Shown: positions 1-8,033, counted from the stretch's first letter. The stretch is DNA of 15,540 nt from Octopus sinensis (GCF_006345805.1 NW_021825410.1:1-15540), one strand, 5' to 3'. Notes: generated from the letters alone by a model not told the origin. Numbers and translations: made by a program.

Positions 1-11
1 TGTGGTATAGG

Positions 12-20
12 TGTGTGTGC

Positions 21-52
<32 letters not shown>

Positions 53-61
53 GTATGTGTG
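12..61. repeat. (TG)n/(CG)n microsatellite
   Basis: Direct reading. Confidence 0.95.
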
Positions 62-130
62 AGTAAGCACTTTTCCACACATTAGGATGAAACAGCGTGA
101 CTGTTCACTGGAGGATATCAGAGAACGACT

Positions 131-162
131 TCTCTCTCTCTCTCCCTCTCTCTCTCCCTCTC

Positions 163-206
<44 letters not shown>
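131..206. repeat. (TC)n microsatellite
   Basis: Direct reading. Confidence 0.95.
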
Positions 207-208
<2 letters not shown>

Positions 209-264
209 TTCCTAGTGACAATGTTCGGGAACAACATATTTGCTCCAACGGATAAAATTAGATT

Positions 265-540
265 TTATGGGTTTGTCAACGGAAACTCAGAAGGACTTCG
301 CAACACTCGAAAAGGAACTCTAAATTTTCAGTGATTCAGCAAGATCTTCTGCGACACCAGCAGCGCCACCATTGCTTGTTTTTCGAGTTTAGTCATGCGG
401 TCATGCAACTTCGATGGCCTCAGATCTGCGCCGGGAAAGACAGCATCACAAAATATACAGCGGAGGGGTTTTGCAAAATCATTGTTACCCGTGCAAGTGA
501 AATCGAAGGACGCGCAGTCATCGTGATGAAGGTTTTGATA
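265..540 (-). pseudogene. Degenerate hAT-superfamily (Buster/Charlie, ZBED5/8-like) transposase N-terminal fragment
   Basis: Minus frame 540->328 (not in the ORF track) reads YQNLHHDDCASFDFTCTGNNDFAKPLRCIFCDAVFPGADLRPSKLHDRMTKL. This resembles the Buster-type zinc-finger start Y..FGFT..G....P.C..C......L/M.PSKL..H. After a frameshift and stops it reads ..ESLKI*..VSVDKP. Homology judged from memory. Confidence 0.65.
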
Positions 541-572
541 ATCTGCGAAACAAATAGAAAATACAACTGGAA

Positions 573-1030
573 TGGTAAGAAGGGCGGCGAGCTGGCAGAG
601 TGGTTAGCAGGCCGGGCGAAATGCTCAGCGGTATTTCGTCTGCCGCTACGTTCTGAGTTCAAATTCCACCGAGGTCCACTTTGCCTTTCATCCTTTCGGG
701 GTCGATAAATTAAGTACCAGTTACGCACTGGGGTCGATGTAATCGACTTAATCCGTTTGTCTGTCCTTGTTTGTCCCCTCTGTGTTTAGCCCCTTGTGGG
801 TAATAAAGAAAATAAGAAGCTTGCTTCCCTACCTCATGGTTCCAGGTTCAGTCTCACTGCGCGGTACTTTGGCCAGCCTCGAGCTGACCAAAGCATTGTG
901 AGTGGATTTGGTAGATGGAAACTAAAAGAAGCCCGTCGAATATATATATATATATATACTGTGTATATATATATATATATATATACGGGAGCATGGCCGC
1001 AGTCACACGACCGAAACAAAGAAAACAAAA
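573..1030 (+). mobile_element. Second tRNA-derived SINE (family B), split by the family A insertion and internally deleted
   Basis: TGGTAAGAAG|CTTGCTTCCC head, B-box-like GGTTCAGTCTC (845-855), body GACCAAAGCATTGTGAGTGGATTTGGTAGATGGAAACT, (TA)n 940-985, tail AGCATGGCCGCAGTCA..GAAACAA (990-1030). Body is similar to 1985-2032 and 10335-10470. Confidence 0.75.
583..812 (+). mobile_element. Full-length tRNA-derived SINE (family A, Octopus-type) with 7-bp TSD TAAGAAG
   Basis: A box TGGCAGAGTGG (593-603), B box GTTCAAATTCC (657-667), core GCCTTTCATCCTTTCGGGGTCGATAAATTAAGTACCAG, A-rich tail TAATAAAGAAAA. TAAGAAG occurs at 576-582 and 813-819. Homologous copies lie at 4032-4457, 7584-8033 and 8929-9340. 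Confidence 0.92.
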
Positions 1031-1107
1031 ACCAAAAAAACAATGCCATTTTAATCCCGAGCAAGCCGGGGGTATCTTTGTATATCATATATATATATAT
1101 ATATATA

Positions 1108-1331
1108 CCGGAGAGTAGAACCCCATAAATGTGACAAGTGGAAAAAAAAGTACTCAAATACCAGTGGTAGAGTAATATGCTTTATTTAAAAAGCAGCCAG
1201 AAAAATTCAACAAAACCTGTTACTCTGAGTTTTCACGTTGCCGTTCATCGGACAGCAAAAACTGCTAGCAACGGGAAACTCAGAAGTAACAGGTTTTGTT
1301 GAATTTTCTGCTGCTTTAAATAAAAGTATAT
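1108..1331. mobile_element. Foldback non-autonomous element flanked by (TA)n, resembling an inverted Penelope-like pseudo-LTR
   Basis: About 65-bp inverted arms (1175-1241 and 1268-1331). (TA)n lies at 1086-1107 and 1332-1353. Contains a hammerhead motif. Confidence 0.65.
1217..1255 (-). ncRNA. Minimal type I hammerhead ribozyme (predicted)
   Basis: Minus strand: CTGT-CCGATGA-ACG(GCAA)CGT-GAAAA-CTC A GAG-TA-ACAG. Stem I is CTGT/ACAG, stem II is 3 bp with a GNRA loop, stem III is self-complementary, cleavage triplet GUA. Deviations are U4->C and one extra A. Confidence 0.7.
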
Positions 1332-1389
1332 CTATATATATATATATATATATAGGTCCGCCATATATAATGAATGAGGGAATCGAAGT

Positions 1390-1414
1390 ATATATAAATA
1401 ATATAATATAAATA

Positions 1415-1445
<31 letters not shown>

Positions 1446-1557
1446 CACACACACACACACATCTACATATATTTATGTATGTGATATATGTTTTATATAA
1501 GCACACACACACAACACACAAAATACACCACATATACATATATATGTTAGTGTACAT

Positions 1558-1598
<41 letters not shown>
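1390..1598. repeat. Compound (TA)n/(CA)n/(TG)n microsatellite
   Basis: Direct reading. Confidence 0.9.
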
Positions 1599-1600
<2 letters not shown>

Positions 1601-1625
1601 CTCGTATGAATACAAAGAAGTTCAG

Positions 1626-1910
1626 AGCGGTGAGATAGAGGTCAGGGATATTTGGTGAGTCAGTTCGGCAGTCGGGTGTATTACGGGTAGAGGGAAGAAA
1701 ATAATCCGAGTATATCAAGTTCAACGAAAGCAGACGCCTCGACCTCTGCGTCAGCAGTGACGATGCCGGGTGGATGGGAGGAAAGGTGGGGCGGGCAATG
1801 AGGGTGGCGGGAGGCACCATGAGAACAAGGTTTATAAAAAGAATAAGGTTTATAAAAGGCATTATGATGACGTCAGAGGGTAACCAGTTAAAAGAGAGAT
1901 TTCCTCGAGT
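1626..1910 (-). pseudogene. LINE apurinic-type endonuclease remnant (CR1/L2/Jockey group)
   Basis: Minus STRNTPDCRTDSPNIPDLYLT (1691->1629) resembles the endonuclease motif PTRIPD...D.PNILDLFLT. Upstream EEISLL (about 1906->1889) resembles EISILGDFN. Frameshifted. Confidence 0.5.
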
Positions 1911-1962
1911 TTGGGGTCAAGATGTTTGCTTGATAATCGAAAGGTTTCATTCCCTCTGCGTA

Positions 1963-2032
1963 GCCGACCAAAGTCAGTTCGGTCCCTCGAAGCCGACCAA
2001 AGTTTGGTGAGAGGATTTGTGAGACGGAAACT
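1963..2032 (+). mobile_element. Family B SINE body fragment with duplicated GCCGACCAAAGT
   Basis: GCCGACCAAAGT at 1963 and 1992, then GTGAGAGGATTTGTGAGACGGAAACT as in 885-922. Confidence 0.7.
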
Positions 2033-2041
2033 CATCGCACG

Positions 2042-2478
2042 TACATACATACATACATACATGCATACATAAATACATACACACATACATACATACATAC
2101 ATACATACATACATACATACATACATACATACATGCATACATACAAACATACATACAAACATACATACATAAAACATACAAACACACATACATACATACA
2201 TGCATTCATACATACATACATACATATACACACACATACATACATACATACATACATACATGCATTCATACATACATACATACATACATGCATTCATACA
2301 TACATACATGCATACATACATACATACATACACACACACACATACATACATACATACATGCATACATACATACATACATGCATACATACATACATGCATA
2401 CATACGTACATACATACATAAATACATACATTCATACATTCATTCATACATACATACACACATACATACATACATACG

Positions 2479-2507
<29 letters not shown>
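2042..2507. repeat. (TACA)n tetranucleotide array with CA/TGCA/TTCA variants
   Basis: Direct reading; source of the MYVC/HTYI ORFs. Confidence 0.97.
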
Positions 2508-2509
<2 letters not shown>

Positions 2510-2607
2510 CCTGTTGTTGATGTTGAAATTCTAATGAAGGAGTCTGAGATCTGGGTTAGAAACTGGTTCTTTCTCTATTGGCAAGAAATTTTGAAATTTG
2601 AACAAGG
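2508..2607. repeat. ~100-bp non-repetitive island inside TACA repeats, probable interspersed repeat
   Basis: Flanked by CATA repeats on both sides; sequence recalled as an octopus repeat (not verified). Confidence 0.4.
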
Positions 2608-2788
2608 ACATACATACATTCATACATACATACACGCGCGTATATGTATATGCATATAAAGATAGATAGACAGAGAGATAGATATGTGTGTGTGTTGTGT
2701 GTGTGTGTATTATGTAAACATATATGTATGCATAAACCCACTTCTGTATACTTGTACGCACACACACAACACACACACACACACACAT
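2608..2788. repeat. Mixed TACA/GATA/TG/CA microsatellites
   Basis: Direct reading. Confidence 0.85.
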
Positions 2789-2945
2789 AGCAAATGATTT
2801 TTAAAAATTCCGGCTGAAGGTTGTTTTAGTCCTATTGGGCATAGAATTACAGAAAATTCTCAGAAAACTTGCTAATTTGCATTTCCATGGCATAAAACAC
2901 AAAAATAAAGCGAAATAAAATTTCAAAACGGAGACAGTTTTAATG

Positions 2946-2948
<3 letters not shown>

Positions 2949-3028
<80 letters not shown>

Positions 3029-3060
3029 TGTGTGTATGTGTGTGTGTGTGTGCGTGTGTG
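2949..3060. repeat. (TG)n microsatellite
   Basis: Direct reading. Confidence 0.97.
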
Positions 3061-4031
3061 TTTATTTATGTATATTTATATGAAATGATTTATATAAAGA
3101 TATCTGCTTTTCAAAGTAGTTTGTGAGAATATAGAGGAAAAAATGTCTTTGGGAAAAAAGTAAACTGATAAATTTAAGGCTATTTTGATCAGACCCCACT
3201 TTGTTGCTACCTTCTTAAATTACAGGCTTATCTGAATGCTTATGACAAATAAACAAAGCTTCAGTTGTCAAGTTTTAAAACTTATTTACTGCAGTTTGAG
3301 ATTTTTGTGTCTCGCCATCTTGTGTGTGAGTCGTCAGGAAATCTGGCAGACGTGTTCATCAAAGTTGTAGATCCGTGGAATAATTGTAAGAATCGGTTGC
3401 TGCTTTCGACTTGGCAGACTTCATAACTGGCTTCAGGGTCTCCTATAAATATGGTGTGTGGAAAATCGAGGTGAAAGTGGGAAAATAAGTTTGTTGTTAG
3501 TTAAGAAAAGCGGGTGGAATGAACAGACCTTTCAAAAGCTTATGATCTATGGAAGAAATTCGTTCAAGTAAAAGGGAGTTCTAGTTTGTGAAAAATTTCG
3601 TAGTTACTACGCTAAACCCACCTTTTATCACAAACATCAATTTGGGAGTCAATTTGGGGGTTGTTTTGACCCTAAAATTACTATAATTCTTTAGTTTTGT
3701 GAGTTTACTTCAGTTCATAGGGTTTTTTTTTCTTTTATATTCTGAAACTTGTTTCCTTAATCGAATTGCAGATCAGAATTTGTTGATTATCCTTAAACTA
3801 AGATCCTCCTCCAATTTCAGTAGTTCTGTTGTGACGGTTGTAAGGGATCTTGATCGAGTGGTTAAGATCTTGCAGCCCCTATTGTGAGTTTAATATTGTC
3901 TGGCATGGAACCGGTCAATAGTGCCAAAACAAAACTGGGGATCGATATTGTAAATCATTCCTCACGTTATTCGTTTGGATCATCGGGTCTTGCATCTTTT
4001 CCGTGTTTTACTTTGAGGAAAGGATCTATTC

Positions 4032-4217
4032 TTATTTCTTTATTGCCCAACAAGGGGCTAAACATATAGGGGACAAACAAGGACAGACAAACGGATTAAG
4101 TCGATTACATCGACCTCAGTGCGTAACTGGTACTTATTTAATCGACCCCGAAAGGATGAAAGGCAAAGTCGACCTCGGCGGAATTTGAACTAAGAACGTA
4201 ATGGCAGACGAAAAACC
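4032..4217 (-). mobile_element. Family A SINE lacking the first ~46 nt (right monomer of a dimer)
   Basis: Reverse complement of 629-812. Confidence 0.88.
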
Positions 4218-4457
4218 TATTTCTTTATTACCTACAAGGAGCTAAACACAGAGAGGACAAACAAGGACAGACATACTTGATTGTGTTTTTAAACCGGAAT
4301 AAATTTCATAATTATTTAAGAGATGTAACCAGAGATCCTACCCACCAACTGAATAAAAGTCGACCTCGGCGGAATTTGAACTCAGAACATAGCGGCAGAC
4401 GAAATACCGCTAAGAATTTTGCCCGGCATGCTAACGATTCTGCCAGCTCGCCGCCTT
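4218..4457 (-). mobile_element. Family A SINE (left monomer) with its middle replaced by an 82-bp inverted copy of flanking DNA
   Basis: Tail at 4218-4273 and head at 4359-4457 match the reverse complement of 583-812; 4278-4359 is foreign to the SINE. Confidence 0.85.
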
Positions 4458-4577
4458 TTAAATATTTCTATTTACCATGAATTGTTAAACTTAAAGTTTT
4501 ATTCAGTTGGTGGGTGAGATCTCTGGTTACATCTCATAAATAATAATGAAATTTATTCCGGTTAAAAACACAATCAA
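4278..4577. repeat. Inverted repeat, ~82-bp arms (4278-4359 / 4497-4577)
   Basis: TTGATTGTGTTTTTAAACCGGAATAAATTTC...CCACCAACTGAATAAAA versus TTTTATTCAGTTGGTGG...GAAATTTATTCCGGTTAAAAACACAATCAA, with only a few mismatches. Confidence 0.95.
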
Positions 4578-5131
4578 TTTATACAGATAAATGTCATGGA
4601 AGCCCTTCAAATTCATCATTTCGCACAATATCTCCTTCGTTGTATTTATTTATTTATTATTCTTCATCCGTGACCGACTTCCGGTTTTTATCTTTCAAAT
4701 TATAAAAACGTTTTGTTTTTCTTGTATTGTTCTCTCATTACAAAGACATGGTAACTTAATTAAGCTTCACAAATAAGTGTGTTAATCAACATAATTTGCA
4801 AAACCAGTTCTCATTATGAAAGAATTTTATTACAAAAACAAAATGACATCCTCTTCGGCTTATTTCTTTTTTAAATTCTCGACAGCTAGTTAACAGTTAC
4901 TATTAGTTACTGGTCATTACTAGCTGTCTCCAAACCCATCCCTATGACAGTCATTAAACTTTTAAATACACTGGAAGTAGGGCACATTAAAGCAGTATTG
5001 AAACATTAAAATGAGTTCAAAAATGTTTGGGATATGTTTGATCTGTACTAAAATCCAATTTTCACAGCAATTTGCCACGGAAAAAATTCTCGCTTTAGGC
5101 GATAAGTGTCAAAACACCAATAGACATCTTA

Positions 5132-5148
5132 TGGCGCCCTCTGGTGGA
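5132..5148 (-). promoter_or_regulatory. CTCF-binding motif
   Basis: Minus strand TCCACCAGAGGGCGCCA matches the CTCF core CCACCAG(G/A)GGGCGC. Confidence 0.5.
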
Positions 5149-6565
5149 ACGATGAATGCATTTCAAGCTAATTGGCTATCGTCAGCAGTGTGTTCCACAT
5201 GGGAGACAATCCTGAAATGATTCTCTAAGTCATAGTTTCCTTATAAACAATCAGTAAAAACTACGAATTGATTACGTATGACGCCAGCGAGGCTATTTTT
5301 GTTCGACTCGGATTTCGTACCCTGACACAGATTTGTGAGCAGACGATCATTCAGTGAACGATTTTAAATGGAGTTGATAATATTAGCTCTGTCTTCTATT
5401 GCCGTATTTAACGTATATATATATCGTCTGCATCCGTCTTTCTGTGAATAATTTGGGTGATTTTTCCTGCATCGGATAAGACAGGTTCTGCGCCAATCAC
5501 GAACGGTTTCTTTGATAGAATTTTGTCAAATTTCTTCCTACCACTCGACGTTTCTCAAATTTTCATCAGACTATTTTCAAAACTATGGAATAGATGTAGT
5601 TTTCCATGCTGACGACAAAAGTTGCATTCATTTCTTTTTCTAGAAGTCAACAATCAAAAGTTACATGCACGATATTTCATCCCTTTTGTTTTAGTTTGTT
5701 TTATTTTGTTTAAAGTAGTTATAGTATATTTTAATAAGATTTGGCAACTATTTCTAGGAAGTCGAGAGACTACATAGTTCGTGTTTGCTGTTGCCATGAA
5801 GCAAACAGTCACGACTTCTGCTATGTCTGGCAATGGCGGCTACCGATTGGCTAAAATTATATAACTTTAAATGCATTGCTGTGAAAAACGTTATATATTA
5901 TTTGCAAGGGGACTCCTTCATCGAAGACTGGTGCTTACCATGCGTTGACGAGAGGCAATTACCTTGAAACTATAGTCCGTATGTAGTACTTAGGTCTTCG
6001 AGGGAGGATGACCTCCCTTTTCAAATAACACAAGGGCACTGAGATAGTGTCTAAAGTCCATCTGGTGACGTTGATCGCCTGGGGCTAAATGCATCAGTAA
6101 CACCCCACCCCCAGTGGCTAGCCACATTCAGATGGCTAGTACACCTTACGTTTTTTATTATTAATTTCTAGAAAAAACAAAAAAAGATGAAAGCAATATT
6201 CATTATCAGAATGCTAAAACTACATTTTCTAAAATTTAATCTGGTTAAAATTTGAAAAACTTCAAGCGGATGAGAGAAATTTAACAAGATCCCTTAGTTT
6301 TAATATTGCGTTCCAAATAATTTTTCCGAAAACTTTAATTGCGAAATTAATCATGTTAAATTTCTAAAGAAAAAAAAAATAATAATAAATAAATTTGTAT
6401 TTTCTACAAGTCCCGTTACCTCAGTAAACTTGAAATATCTCAACAGAAAATAGTTTCAAACGTGACATTCCTTAACAAAAGATTGATTGCTCTATGAAAC
6501 TGCTTTCTGCAGTAAAGGGTAATAAATTTTTGAGTAATATATATATGTTCTCTGAAGTAGAAAGA

Positions 6566-6605
6566 ATTATTATTATTATTATTGTTGTTGTTGTTATTAT
6601 TGTTG

Positions 6606-6656
<51 letters not shown>

Positions 6657-6686
6657 ATTAGCATCATCATCATCATAATCATCATT

Positions 6687-6779
<93 letters not shown>

Positions 6780-6782
6780 TTA
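6566..6782. repeat. Compound (ATT)n/(GTT)n/(ATC)n trinucleotide array
   Basis: Direct reading. Confidence 0.97.
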
Positions 6783-6980
6783 TTTTTATAGCGTGCTTTC
6801 ACTTCACTACCGAGCGCAGCTCTGTGTGCCTTGGGTATGTGCTGTGATTTGTTGTGATGCTCTGATGGTTATTGTATGGAAAGTGTTCTGCGTAGGATGT
6901 GTGCAGTGCCTAGTAGTGCAATTTTCTGTATGTTATATGTGTTTGTAAGTCCTGGTGTTTTTGTTATGTATTTGTCTGAA
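6783..6980 (-). mobile_element. 5'-truncated 3' end of an R4/Dong-like (RLE-type) non-LTR retrotransposon with (TAA)n tail
   Basis: Minus 6979->6869 reads SDKYITKTPGLTNTYNIQKIALLGTAHILRRTLSIQ*. The QK..LLGTAHILR motif is typical of R4-clade C-termini. An ~85-nt UTR runs into AATAATAAT. Confidence 0.75.
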
Positions 6981-6990
6981 TATTATTATT

Positions 6991-7464
6991 GAGTGACACT
7001 GGGGTAAAATATACGAAGCCCAGTTTACCCATCATGACTACCCGTCTGATAAGGGTACACCAAGCACATGCACCACAACCATATGGTCGCAACATGGTGA
7101 TCTCATATCTAGATAAACAGCACCTAACCTTGGAAGTGGGGCCCAGTTAGAATTTTCTTCTGGTCGAGTAACACATCCTGCTCAAAAGGTCCCTGAATTA
7201 TTCAAACCCAAAGAATCCCTCTCAACACATGGCTATGATACCCCACCCACTACTGCTCGTGATCAGAGATGCACATATCGTCAGCCACTAAGGGACATGC
7301 TCAACTGGTTAAGGTCAAACAACTGACAAGCAAATCTGTGGTATTGAGCAGAATATTTGCTGTAGCCCATCTTTTATACCAAGACAAAACAATGAACATG
7401 ATGACACTTCCAATCAGTTAAGATGAGAAGCCATGAGAGCCACTGCCTGGTACTGCATCAGGGT
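6991..7464. mobile_element. 474-bp non-coding interspersed element flanked by (ATT)n on both sides
   Basis: Sharp boundaries with ATT repeats at 6981-6990 and 7465-7570; no ORF; recalled as a common octopus repeat (not verified). Confidence 0.55.
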
Positions 7465-7480
7465 AATTATTATTATTATA

Positions 7481-7552
<72 letters not shown>

Positions 7553-7570
7553 CATTATTATTATTATTAT
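7465..7570. repeat. (ATT)n microsatellite
   Basis: Direct reading. Confidence 0.97.
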
Positions 7571-7583
7571 CAAGGCGGTGAAA

Positions 7584-7793
7584 GGCGGCGAGCAGACAGA
7601 ATCGTTAGCATGCTGGGCAAAATGCTTTTCAGCATTTCGTCTGTCTCACGTTCTGAGTTCAAATTCCGCTGAGGTCGACTTTGCCTCTTATCATTTCCGA
7701 GTGATAAATTAAGTACCAGTAGAACACTGGGGTTAATATGATCGACAATCCTCCCTCCCCTGAAATTTCAGTCCTCGTAGAAAGGGTTATTAT
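7584..7793 (+). mobile_element. Diverged family A-related SINE (alternative tail)
   Basis: GGCGGCGAGC head, GAGTTCAAATTCC B box, GATAAATTAAGTACCAG core, tail GAAATTTCAG..GTAGAAAGGGTTATTAT. Confidence 0.85.
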
Positions 7794-7796
7794 AAA

Positions 7797-8033
7797 GGTG
7801 GCGAGCGGGCAAAATCGTTAGCAAACCGGACAAATTGCTTGGCGACATTTCGTTCAGCTCTTTACTTCCTAAGTTCAAATTCCGCCGAGGTCGACTTTGC
7901 TTCTTCAGCCTTTCCGGGGTCGATAAAATGCACACCAGTTTGAGCCCTGGTGTCGATTTAATCGACTAGATACCCCCACCACCAACACCACCACAAAATT
8001 TCAGACTTCATACCTTTAGTAAAACGATTTATT
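7797..8033 (+). mobile_element. Second diverged family A-related SINE, head-to-tail with the previous copy
   Basis: GGTGGCGAGC head, AGTTCAAATTCCGCCGAGGTCGACTTTGC, tail AAAATTTCAG..TAGTAAAACGATTTATTAT. Confidence 0.82.

Noticed and set aside
583-667. A and B boxes as a possible tRNA gene
   Set aside because: No cloverleaf; continues into a SINE body and tail with a TSD.
331-708. 125-aa plus ORF and the 420..728 minus ORF
   Set aside because: They are the antisense or alternative frame of the hAT fossil and run through a SINE.
1056-1075. CCCGAGCAAGCCGGG hairpin resembling a Helitron 3' end
   Set aside because: 4-bp stem, no CTAG terminus and no 5' end found.
1862-2788. MYVC/HTYI-repeat ORFs (also 9261-10136)
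   Set aside because: Translations of (TACA)n, which lacks stop codons in these frames.
4881-4928. 10-bp inverted repeat GACAGCTAGT/ACTAGCTGTC with a 28-nt spacer
   Set aside because: Too short, no TSD; compatible with chance.
5155-5186. Minus-strand CTGACGA-TAGC..GCTT-GAAATGCATTC hammerhead-like string
   Set aside because: Stem II closing pair is mismatched and stem I is only 2 bp; chance level.
5547-5569. Minus-strand CTGATGA-AAATTTGA-GAAACGTC, perfect hammerhead core words
   Set aside because: Neither stem I nor stem II pairs, so it is at best a decayed relic.
6001-6125. 7-bp hairpin AGGGAGG/CCTCCCT before a T run, and 12-bp palindrome GTGGCTAGCCAC (6114-6125)
   Set aside because: No supporting context; intrinsic terminators do not apply to this eukaryotic DNA.
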